64,000 bases of DNA, taken from Glaucostegus cemiculus. Lineage: Eukaryota. The DNA lies in NCBI GenBank assembly GCA_976551045.1, contig CDPCPM010000011.1:7068001-7132000 (forward strand), written 5' to 3'. Each line of letters opens with the position of its first letter. Position 1 is the stretch's first letter. The notes below the pieces were generated by a model. The model was not told the DNA's origin. It was given only the letters and a program-made list of their open reading frames with translations, and searched no databases. A program made the position numbers and the translations under genes. Shown here piece after piece: positions 12,561 to 23,230 of the stretch.

Positions 12561-14289
12561 AGAGAGAGAGCAACATATTCAGTAAGAACTTTGGAAAGAA
12601 AAGGAGATGTGGGAGTGTCCTGTAAGGAGGAGGGGCCAAGATTTTGTTTTAGATTGGTTAGCTGCTGCAGTTTTGAAAAGGAAGTGGGCTGCTGCTGCGG
12701 TGACAGAATTGTTCTCGATGGGATGGATCATGCACAATCTGATCCACCAGCGGTGTTCACATGCCACCTTACACCTGTGACTTGGGGCTCTGGGTCTGCA
12801 GCTATCTCATGATCAAGGCAGGCTGCAACTGGTGCCCAGGTCGCTACACAACATATCCTAAGGCCCCTGAACCCAACATATCCTTGAAGGCTTTTGACTG
12901 CTCATGTTGTTAAAGGCCTGTTACAATGTTTTTAAATGTCTCTGATAACCAGGGTCATTTGAACATAATTGAAATTGGTTCAATTAATTAAATATATCTA
13001 AATTATTTCAATAAGATTTAAAAGCACGCACTACTTTTGATTGGGTAGGAATGAAAAGCAGCTAAACGTAACTTTTTTGATAGAGACTGACAACCCCATT
13101 CAAAGGATCAAGGCTACACAGCTGATTTAAAGCCGAGGGCCAGGTACAACGTACATTTGTCCCTGGCCTCAGTAAGTTCTGAAAACCCCAGACCTCGATG
13201 CTCGGAGCCGGAGGTCAGATCCAAGTTCTGTAATTCTGCACTGCAGTGCACAGAAGCAGAATTGGTGTGTGCTGACCGCAGGCCAGCCCTCAGTGAAAGT
13301 CAGCCCACTGTTTGATCAGCAGTTTAGCAGGAAAGGGATCAAATAAGTGTGCCCTATGGTTGAGGTGAAACAGAATGGAGGAAAGAATTCCACCAACTGA
13401 AAGCAAGTTAGACGCACATTGAGAGGCATACAGAAATGAGGAAAATGCTGGAGATGAGAGAGATAAAAGAAAGTTGAAGACAAGTGAAGATAGAAGTAGA
13501 AAGGAGGAATTGTAGAGGTCAAGTAGAAGATGTAAACAATGGAGAAGTTATTCTTTGCTAATTTTCTTCGATGATCATGGAATGCTATAATCATTATAGT
13601 GGATTTTTCATTTTTATAATCTGTACAATAAGCATAATGTGAGTGAATTGTAAATTCCCACCACTTTAATGAATTGGCACAACTGAAAAGTTTAGAATCC
13701 AAACATTAGTACAAGAACGATAGTTACGAATGTATTTATATTTACAAAAAATGATTTTAAATAAAATTCTGTGCAACCTTTAAAAAGGACTTCTTTCCAC
13801 ATTGTTGACACCGAGAAATTTTAGACTGGTTTCTATATTAAAACTGTATAAATCTGTGGTAAAATGTTACTTATCAGCTCTGAGCTCAGCATAATGTTTA
13901 CCAGGCAGTGTAATGTTACACCACTGTTGTTAATGTTAGATGCCATTATACAATTTTGCTTCAGAGCTCCAGAAAGTAGCACTGAGTAGAAAACTGCAAG
14001 TTAAAGCCTGTAACCTTTACAATTTGAGGCCCCATTTATAACCATGTTGTTGTTCAAGGACCAAGCACTTCTCCGTGGCAAGGGTCAGGGGCCATTTTGT
14101 GCATCAAAACCAATTTCACACATGCCTTAGCAGCTGGTTAAAGACCACAACTTCCAGAAGCTGTGGACCAGGTCCCAAATCCATGTAAAGAAAGTGATTT
14201 GTATTGAAAAATTACACTTAACATATTTCAATTAAGCATAGGATCAGCACTTCTGTTCTTGTTATTCAGCTCTCTGGTGGCATTTTTTA

Positions 14290-14415
14290 ACATAAGATCT
14301 AGCCCTTCAAGCCTTCTCTGCTTTTCATCAAGATCATGGCTGATCTGCCTCCACTCCATTTTCCTGCACTATCCCCATATCCCTTGCTTCCTTAACATTG
14401 GGAAATCTGTTGATC
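14290..14415 (-). mobile_element. CR1 3' UTR fragment
   Basis: agcccttcaagccttctctg...aagatcatggctgatctg...ttcctgcactatccccatatccctt; homologous to 1780-1880. Confidence 0.7.
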
Positions 14416-15091
14416 TGGGATGGTAATTTGGCTGTTTTCTGCACATATTAAAATAGTTAGTTTGTTATTATTATGGATAGAAGATTTACTACTTGGCATG
14501 GCAACTTATTTATTCGTGGTAATCAGAAGCAGCATACTGGGCAGAAGAATCTTGGATGTGATTTAAAACTTTGGGAAGATGTGAAGGGCAAACAAAACAG
14601 ATGCATGGGAGGTATTCTCTGCATCTTTAGCTCATCCTATCATAAAGCGTGCAGAATTGTTAAACTCCAGTGTCTCTGACATGCATGCATCAGCATACAT
14701 GTGCATCGATATATATTGGAAGATGTAATTTGCTGGTTATTTTGGCGTCAACCTGACTGAGAAACACCTGTAATCATGCCATTATATATTCAGTGTGATG
14801 ACTGTTGATGTGCCATTAACTTGCATTAAATATTTACTTTGCAGCCAACATTCGCTTAGATATTTATGATGAATACTGTTGCACTTCATAAGAAAATCAA
14901 GCAGCGTTGCACATTCAGGTTCATCAAATCTGCAGATTATTAACCAGTGATCAATCTGTGTCAGGGGCATTAATCCCTTCCTAAAACATACTATACCAAA
15001 GGTTTAAAATAATTCTATAAAATATTTTAAAAGTCCACCTGGAAGGGAAGTGTGTAGGAAAAGACCATGAGTGCATTGATAAGAAATTCAC

Positions 15092-15353
15092 GGTTATAAC
15101 AACACACAAGGAGACCACTTGGCCCATTGGGTTTGTGCCAGCTTCCAGTGGAGTGATGTCATTAGTCCCATTCCAACTTTCCTTGTTTCCCTGTGCCCCT
15201 GCAATTTCTTTTCCTTCAAGCCCCTTTGACTCTTAGCCATTAACCTACAGTAAGAAGGAATTTACAGTGACCAATTTATATACCAGCATATCTTTGGGAT
15301 GTAGAAGAAAACTGGAGCACCCAGAGGAACCCCACACATCCACAGAGAGGATG
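15092..15353 (-). mobile_element. V-SINE (HE1-like), 5' truncated
   Basis: gaaaactggagcacccagaggaaccccac is the reverse complement of the V-domain; same tail as 29900-30250. Confidence 0.75.
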
Positions 15354-16790
15354 CCACCATTTAATCAGAACATGGCTGACTTTTTACCTCAGAGCCACTT
15401 TTCTGCACCATCCCCATATCCATTCTTTCCTTTAACATACAAATATCTTTTGATCTCTGTCTTGAATGTACTCATTGACTGAACCTCCACAGACCTCTAG
15501 GGTTGAGAATTCTAAAGATTCAGAACCCTCAGGTTGAAGAAATTTCTTTCTCATGTCTGTCCCAAATAGCTGGCCCTGTGTTTTGAGACTGTGATCCCTG
15601 GTCCTAGACACCTTTGCCAAGGGAAAATACCAACATTGCTTCTACCCTGTCAAGTTCCGTAATAAATGTGTATGTTTTAATCAGATCACCTCTCATCATT
15701 ACCAAATTCTTAACTCATTACTTAAGCTCTCTTCATAGGTCAGACTGCCCATCCCAAGAATAAATCTGGTAAACCTTTGTTGCACTTGCTGTGTTGCAAG
15801 TTTATCTTTCCTTAGGGAGACCAAAGTATTCCAGGTGAGGTCTCACCAGTGCTCTATATAATTGCACTAAGACACCCTTTCTCTTGTACTCAAATTCTCT
15901 TGCAGTAGAGGCTATAACCTTGGCTTTCCTAATTACTTGCTTTGTCTACATGATAAGTTTCATTTACAAGGACACCTAGTTCCCAACACCACAGTCTATA
16001 ATTCACATCATTTTAAAATAATTTCCCCACTTTTCTATTTTTTCCAATCAAGGTGGATGATCTTGCATTCTTCCACATTATTTTCCACCCACTATTTCCA
16101 TGCCCATTCTTGTAGTATGCCTGTGAAGCCTTTCTGCATCCATAATGCCTCCCAGTTTAGGGTATTCAGCAAAATATTACGGTTGGCCCCCTCATCCAAA
16201 GCATTGATATAGATTCGGAACAATCTGTAACAAACAGCCTCACCAATCACAGCTTCCCAAATTGTTTTCTGTCTAGTACCCAATCCTTAGTCCGTGTCAG
16301 CATGAATCCCACGTGCTTTAATTGTGTTTAAAGGCCTTCTGCATTGCTCCTCATCAAAAGCCTCCTGAAAGTCCAAATATACCACATTCGCTGGCTTTCT
16401 CTAATCTATTCTGCTGATCAATCCATGTTAGTTCTGCCCACTCCTCTTGTTATTTTGTAAATGCCCTGTTACCACTTCATTAACAATAGATTCCAACAGT
16501 TTTGGTGCCACTAATGTCAAGCTAATTGATCAGTAATCTCTGCTTTCCCCCTCCTTCCATTTTGGGGAATTGTTCAAGAATCTGTGGAATTTAGGAAGCT
16601 TACAAACACTATCCACCACCTCCATAACCAGCTCTATCAAAACCCTAGGACGCAGATCCTAAGGATATATTGGCTTTCAGTCCCATTATTTTTTTTTTTG
16701 CTCGTGTTAATTTCTTACAGCTCCTCAGTCACTCTAGACCTGTAGTTCTCCAGTATTTCCAGGAGGTTTTCTATGTCTTCTTCCTAATCC
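15354..16790 (-). mobile_element. CR1 LINE, degenerate RT region to 3' UTR
   Basis: Continuous reverse-complement CR1 similarity, e.g. aaagcctcctgaaagtccaaatataccac (VVYLDFQEAF) and ccaggtgaggtctcaccagtgc (ALVRPHL). Confidence 0.8.
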
Positions 16791-16817
16791 TGCAGATGGG
16801 AATTACTAATATAATTA

Positions 16818-16984
16818 CATAGAACATAGATACCTACAGCACAATTCAGGCCCTTCGGCCCTCAAAGCTGTGCCGAACATGTCCCTACACTAATAGGCTT
16901 ACCCATAGCCTTCTATCTTATTAACCTCCATGTACCTATCCAACAGTCTCTTGAAAGACCCTATCGTATCTGCCTCCACCACCA
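16818..16984 (-). mobile_element. Young CR1 3' end
   Basis: catagaacataga...attcaggcccttcggccctcaaagctgtgccgaac; the minus strand encodes VVEADTIGSFKRLLDRYM; near-identical to 45103-45204. Confidence 0.85.
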
Positions 16985-18204
16985 TTATGCTGTTCTGGTT
17001 CAGAGTTAAAGGAAGACCAAAGGCTTCTTCATAAAGAATGAGAAAACCAGAAATCTGTATCCAAAGCACAACTTCTGGCCTGTTATGGTGAAGCAAAAAT
17101 GCCTGAAACCTTTGGATGATATTTTCAAACTAATGATTTCTTTCCAAGAGCTTTGACACTTTTTTTTTGTGGTCTTAAAATGTTTGGCTGTTACGCTCTT
17201 TACCCCTTCCCCTTGTTAATGTTTTGCTCAAGTGGAATGTGGATTCCAAGGAAAATAATATGGGAGAAGTATCAATTTTAGGTTATGCAAAGGGTAACAA
17301 TAAACAGTGATAACTAAATAATGGCAGTTGCCTCAGATTAATGAGGTGTCGAAGGCTTATTGAGCTGGTCCACTTAACATGTTACTAGCAGCACCTTCAT
17401 AATTGATGGAAAGTAGCTGCAGGAATTTGTGCATTTCGTGAAATTCTGCCTAATTCTGCATCAGCATTTAGTTTATTCAATGTGTAAGGGGATATTTTGC
17501 TTTTTGGTTTCTTACTGCCAGTGAATAAACAAAGATATTCAATTTTACTGAAACTGCATGATTTGTTTTCTGTTGGCAAGGCTGCTTTTATTTTGAAATG
17601 TTTTGTAAAATGGAGCCCACTTCAGTTTTTGATTTTTTTTTGACAAATTGCTGCCTGTTATTTTGCACAGAATGAAAGGAGAAGTGGGTGGGTGTTGGAA
17701 GGAATAAACACTTTCAACTGTATTAGTGAAAGTTGTTAGAACTCAACAATGGTGGCACAATTTTTTATTTTATGTAACACAGACCTGACTGATTGTTTGC
17801 AATGATTTAACAGGCCCTGCTGTGTGTTGAGTGGGTGTATGAGTGCAGCTGTTGTGTGAGTGGGCAGATACATTGTTCTGTTGGTCAAGAGATTTCCTTT
17901 AGTGAAATAATAAAATGACTGCTGATATCAATGCTGCATTTTGAAAAGCAAATAACTTAAAAGGAGCTTTTGCACTGTACAAAATTGCTTTTGCTTCAAA
18001 CATACCATAAAGCAACAGAAAAATACAATTATGCTTACTCAAAAAGGCTGTCGTTCACTCAACAAAAACTTGTGGAACTTATGATGCTGCCAGAGCCTTT
18101 TGGTAAAACGTCCTTATATCCTTGTCACATCTTAATTATTTACAAACTTTACAGTGGGGGACCTGAATGGAAATTTATTGGTTAAAAGTAGTAAGAAAGA
18201 TCAC

Positions 18205-18648
18205 ATGGAATCATTGAAATTTCCAACAGTGAAAAAGAAGCCAATCGACCTATTGTGTCCATGGTGGCTAAAATGGGATCTATTCCACTTCACAGCTCCC
18301 GGTCTTTAAATACTCATCTAGGTACCTTTTACATTTGGTGTGTGTTTCTGGATTCTGCACCCTTTATAGAATGTTTTCCAGGCTGTCACTGCTCTTTGAG
18401 TGCGGAAATGTTTCTCCAACTCCCTTCTAGTCCTCTCTCAACAAAACCTGTGCTCCCTCGCTGTTGACCATTTCACTAAGGGCAATAAGTCCTTTCTCTT
18501 TACTCTGTCTTATATGCACCTCAAATAAATCCCTCCTCAATCTTCATTGTTCCAAAGAAAACATCTCTGCCTTGCCAATCTCTTGCAACTAAAGTTGTCC
18601 ACTCTGCTAGCAATTTTCTTAAATCTTCTCTGCATCCTCTCAAAAGCT
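18205..18648 (-). mobile_element. CR1 3' fragment, degenerate
   Basis: ccatttcactaagggcaataagtcctttctctttactctgtc...caatcttcattgttccaaagaaaac fits the reverse-complement CR1 pattern. Confidence 0.6.
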
Positions 18649-18649
18649 A

Positions 18650-19345
18650 TCACAGCTTTGTCCAGCACCTCTGCTCCGTCTGCCACGCTAGCTGGGAGTT
18701 CCCGGTAGCCAGCCATTTAAATTCCACTTCACGTTCCCACACTGACATATCTGTCCATGGCCTCCTCCACAGACAGGTCACGGCCAAACGAAAATTAAAG
18801 GAACAACACCTCAATTTCCGCCTGGGCAGTCTCCAGACTGGCAGCATGAACATCGAATTCTCCAACTTCTGGTTACTGCCCCCCATCTTTTCTGTTATTT
18901 TCTTCTTTTTTTTTCACTCATCCTGATCCCACTGGCCCCCATCACCCTATGCCTTTTCACTCCTCCACCCTCTCCATCTAGCCATCGCCCACACATTCCT
19001 CCCACCAGTTCCCCATCTCACCTCCCTTCCTTTATTCCATGGTCCACCGTCCTATCAGATTGCATCACCTTCAGCCCTTTGCTACTTCCACCTATCACCT
19101 CTCTGCTTCAGCCATCATGCCTGCCCTCATCTGCCTGTCACCACTCCCACCCCCACCTCACCTGGATCCACCCATCACCTGCTGGCTTGTGCTGCACCTC
19201 TTGCCCCCAGACTTCTTCCACTGGCTATCTCCCCTCTTTGTTTCTAGTCCAGATGAAGGGTCTCGATTCAAAACATCGATTGTCTGTTTCCCTCCATGGA
19301 TGCTGCCTGACCTCCTGAGTTCCTCTAGCATCTTGTGTGTTGTTC
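18650..19345 (+). mobile_element. Penelope-like element 3' part (GIY-YIG endonuclease C-terminus, UTR with hammerhead relic)
   Basis: The frame from 18657 reads FVQHLCSVCHASWEFPVASHLNSTSRSHTDISVHGLLHRQVTAKRKLKEQHLNFRLGSLQTGSMNIEFSNF; a pyrimidine-rich UTR follows, then ccagatgaagggtctcgattcaaaacatcga. Confidence 0.8.
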
Positions 19346-19355
19346 AAAGATACGG

Positions 19356-19460
19356 GAATTGGTTTATTATTGTCACATATACTGAGATGCACTGAAAAAC
19401 TTCGTTTTGCAAGCTATCCATACAGATCATTTCAACACATAAGTACATTGAGGTAGTACA
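19356..19460 (-). mobile_element. Rex1/Babar 3' UTR fragment
   Basis: attggtttattattgtcacatatactgag...cattgaggtagtaca, homologous to 5498-5600. Confidence 0.75.
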
Positions 19461-19489
19461 TTCTATAAGTACATAATGAATAAACAGAT

Positions 19490-20010
19490 AGCTAAGGGAA
19501 GATTTGATTTTCTTAGTGACCCAAAAGATAACCTTCATGGAGATTATGGGAAAGATGCTTAAAGAACACTTAGCGTTTGTCTTTACAGAAGAGGGTGACA
19601 ACGTGAATGCTGGGATTAAGAAGGGAGAATGTGAAATATTGAATGCGATAAACATAGAGGTTTAATTGAGGGCCTCAGCTACTTTGAAAGTGTATAAATC
19701 ACCAGGCCAGAAGAAATAGATCCCAAGCTAAGAAGCAAAGGAGGAAATTGAAATGGCTCTATCATTTTTTAAAAAATCTTCCCTGGCTCAAGGAGTAGTT
19801 CCAGAGGAGTGCTTCTAATCCTAGTATTGTGCAGAGGTTTAAGAAGGCACTTGTTAGAATCTAACATTGTTGGTGGGAAAGGATAAATGGAGTAAGTACA
19901 GGCATTTTATCTAACATTGTTGGTGGGAGAGTTGTATGCCCTGGTCATCACCTTCCAAGATTCTATAGATTCTGGAATGGCTCCTGTGGATTAGGAGGTA
20001 GCAAGTGTGA
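19490..20010 (+). mobile_element. Older CR1 ORF2 fragments
   Basis: ttgaaagtgtataaatcaccaggccag (LKVYKSPG) and ccttccaagattctatagattctggaatggctcctgtggattaggaggtagc (FQDSIDSGMAPVD*). Confidence 0.7.
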
Positions 20011-20049
20011 GCATACATTGGGTTTAGGAGGTCCGGAATGAGTGAATCC

Positions 20050-21519
20050 CTTGATGACTATAAAAAGATTAAGCATACATTTGACGAAAGTCAGGAATGC
20101 AAAGAGGGAGTATGAGGTGGATTTGACAGGTGTGGTTGAGTAAAATCCCAAGAGCTTCTATAGCAATGTGAAGAGCATAAGGGTGGCCAGGGAGAGGGTA
20201 GGTCCCATTAGAGATCAGCAGGTCTGCCTATGTTTCGAGCCACAGGAGATGAGTGACTGGAGATGGGTGGGATTTTTAATGCATGTTTCTCCTTGGTGTT
20301 TATTGAGGAGAAAATCACGGATGCTCAAGAGATAAGAGAAACAAGTAGAGATCTCTTGGAGGATATTCACATTACCAAGGAGGAGGTATTTGTAGCCTTA
20401 TAGGACATTAAGGTGGATAAACCCCAGGGTCTGACTGAGTGTTTCCTCAGACCTCGTGGGAGGCTAGAGAAGAAATTATGGAGACTCTTGCAGAGATATT
20501 TGATTCATTGTTAGCCGCAGGTGAAATTCCCAAAGACTGGATGATGTTGTTCCATTGCTTAAGAAGGGTAGCAAGGACAAGCCAGGGAACTACAGGCTGG
20601 TCAGCTTGACATCAGTAGTGGGGAAGTTACTGGAGAGAATTCTGAGGACAGGATCTACCAGCATTTGGATCGCCAGAGTCTGATTAGGAGGAGTCAGCGT
20701 GGCTTTGTGCGTGGAAAGTTGTGCTTGACAAACCTTTTAGAGTTTTTTGAAGAGGTAATTAAACAGGTAGGTAAGGGTAGGGCAGTGGATGTTGTCTATT
20801 TGGATTTTAGCAAGGCCTTCAACAAGATCCCGCATGGTCGACTGGTCTGGAAGGTTATGTCCAATGGAATCCAAGGAGAGCTAGTTAGGTGGATTCAAAA
20901 TTGGCTCAGAGGTAGGAAGCAGAGGGTGGTGCTTGAAGGTTGTTTCTCGGAATGAAGGCTAGTGTATAGTGATGTGCCACGGGGGTTGGTACTGGGAACC
21001 TTGTTATTCATTATCCATATAAATGATTTGGATGCGAATGCACAAGGCTTGATCAGTAAGTTTGTGGATGACACAAAATTAGGAGGTCGTGGTGTTAGTG
21101 AAGAAGGTTATTGTAGATTACGGGGGAAAGTGGGCCAAGGAATGGCAAATGGATTTCAATACAGATAAATATGAAGTGATGCATTTTGGAAAGTCAAACC
21201 AGCATAGGACTTATATAATGTATGGTAGGGCACTAGTGAGTGTAAAGGAATAGTGGGACCTAGGGCTACAAGTACATAGTTCGTTAAAAGTGGCATCACA
21301 GGTAGACAGGGGGGCGAAAAAGGTGTTTGGCGCTCTGGCCTTCATCAGTCAGGGCATTGAGCATACGAGTTGAGACATAATGTTGCAGTTGTTTAAGTCG
21401 TTGGTGAGGCCACACTTGGAGTACTGTGTGCAGTTTTGGTCACCCTGTTGTAGGAAAGATGTGATTAAACTGGAAAGAGTCCAGAAAAGATTTATGAGGA
21501 TGTTGCCAGGACTAGAGGG
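20050..21519 (+). mobile_element. CR1 LINE ORF2 reverse transcriptase, disrupted
   Basis: SQRGFVRGKLCLTNLLEFFEEV, VDVVYLDFSKAFNKIPHGRL, VPRGLVLGTLLFIIHINDLD, SKFVDDTKL, LVRPHLEYCVQFWSP; stops and frameshifts present. Confidence 0.95.
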
Positions 21520-21852
21520 CAATGATTTAGCAAATGGGGCCAAATGTCATATTGCCAAGTTTACTGATGGTACAAAACTAGGTAGGATTGTGAATAGGGA
21601 GGAGGATATTAAGTGGCTTCAAAGGGACATAGACAGTCAAGTGTGTATGTGAGAACATAGCGAATGGAATATAATGCGGAAAGATCTGAGATCATACACT
21701 GGTACACAAAACAGAAGGGACGAGCATTTTGTACATGATGGTAAATTGGGAATTACTGATGTTTAAAGACCTTGTACACAAGTATCTAAAATCTAATCTG
21801 CAGGTGGAGTAAGCAATTAGGAAGGCAGATGGTAAATTCACCATTATTATGT
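21520..21852 (+). mobile_element. Second CR1 RT fragment (5' side of the LTR insertion)
   Basis: NDLANGAKCHIAKFTDGTKLGRIVNREEDIKWLQRDID...gcaattaggaaggcagatgg; continues at 22726. Confidence 0.8.
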
Positions 21853-22610
21853 TGTTACAAATCCAGCAACAAAAGAAACACACCAAGTCATAATTCAGTG
21901 TTAAAACTACTTTATTAATAACTACTTCCGATAATACATAAAATAAGAACAAAAAGTTAGTATATTAGTACAAAAAAAAGTTAGAATATTAAACTGTAAC
22001 CCCAAAAACTACTCGTCCTGTGTGTGTGGCAAATTCCTAAACTCCAAGTCCAGGAATTAATTCTTAAAGTTCAGTTCAGTAAGCTGTAAGATGAAACACG
22101 AGTAAAGGCTTTTTCACAAGCACCGTCCACCGAAGACAAAACATAGATATAGAGAGAGCTTAGAGAGAGGAATCACGAAATCAAAGTGTTCTACTTAGGA
22201 CTCAAATGACACTTCAGGGCTTACTCAGTAGTGACTTTCTCACCCCGAAAACTCCTGGATCGTGACTGTCCATGCAAATACCTGTGCTCTTCTACAGGTT
22301 AACAGCAAAGTGAATTCCATCACTTTGTTCCAAAGTATCTGCCACTCTGAAAAGCATCCACTCAAACACCTGTGTCCTTCTACAGGTTACCGACAAAGTG
22401 GACTCCACTGGACGACTACAGAAATCCATCCGTGGATTGTAGTAATAAACACAGTTACTGTCCTACATCCATCGACAGAAACAAAACAGGCTGCCGTGCC
22501 TTTCTTCTCTTTCTGTCCGTCTGTCTTTTTTTCTTTCTCTCTCTTTTTTCTCTTAATGACCTCATCACGTTCCTCTTATCTTCTGTTGATGTAATACGTT
22601 GCGCATGCGT

Positions 22611-22675
<65 letters not shown>

Positions 22676-22721
22676 GTCCATCTTAAAGGGACATTCGCCA
22701 GTAGTAAGCTACTTCATAACA
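21853..22721 (-). mobile_element. Solo LTR (869 bp; Gypsy- or ERV-type)
   Basis: Termini TGTTA...TAACA; 4-bp TSD ATGT at 21849-21852 and 22722-22725; interrupts a colinear CR1; AATAAA on the minus strand at 21911-21916. Confidence 0.85.
22612..22673. repeat. (CA)31 microsatellite inside the solo LTR
   Basis: Perfect CA run. Confidence 0.98.
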
Positions 22722-22725
22722 ATGT

Positions 22726-23230
22726 GAGGATTTTAATTCTGAAGTAAATATGTCTTACTACAACTGTAGGGTCTTGAGATCCGCACATGGTCTCCTTGCC
22801 TAGAAATGGATATACTTGCCACAGAGGGAATGCAACAAAGATTTACTAGTTGGGTTCTTTGGTTTGGATGTTTGCCATATGGTGAGAGAGTGTGTAGACT
22901 GTCTTCTCTCTAGTTTAGGAAAATGAGAGATGATCTCATTAATGATTGTCCTTAATGTGAGAGGCATGATAAAGAAGTTTGTAGATGGTACAAAAATTGG
23001 CCATGTGGTTGACAGTGAAAAGAAAAGCTTTGGGTTGCAGGAAGGTATAGATAGAATTTAACCTTGCAGAATTTAATCCGGGAGAAGTATGAGGTAATGC
23101 ATTTGGAGAGACACAGCAAGGAAAGGAATATACAATAAATACAAGGACATTGAAAGGTGTGAAGGCACTGAAGGAACTTGGAATGTAAATCCACAGATCA
23201 CTAAGTGTAGCAGAATAGGCTAATAAGGTG
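22726..23230 (+). mobile_element. CR1 fragments (continuation after the LTR, plus a further piece)
   Basis: gaggattttaattctgaagtaaatatgtcttactacaactg...gcaacaaagatttactag; then aagtttgtagatggtacaaaaattgg and aagtatgaggtaatgcatttggag. Confidence 0.7.

Noticed and set aside
14100-14190. Possible second LF-SINE-like trace on the minus strand
   Set aside because: Only one short motif (gtgtgaaattggt) resembles the consensus; too weak
20665-21652. Functional reverse transcriptase gene
   Set aside because: Multiple stops and frameshifts; truncated and chimeric CR1
22372-22686. His-Thr and Cys-Val repeat ORFs
   Set aside because: Translations of the (CA)31 microsatellite
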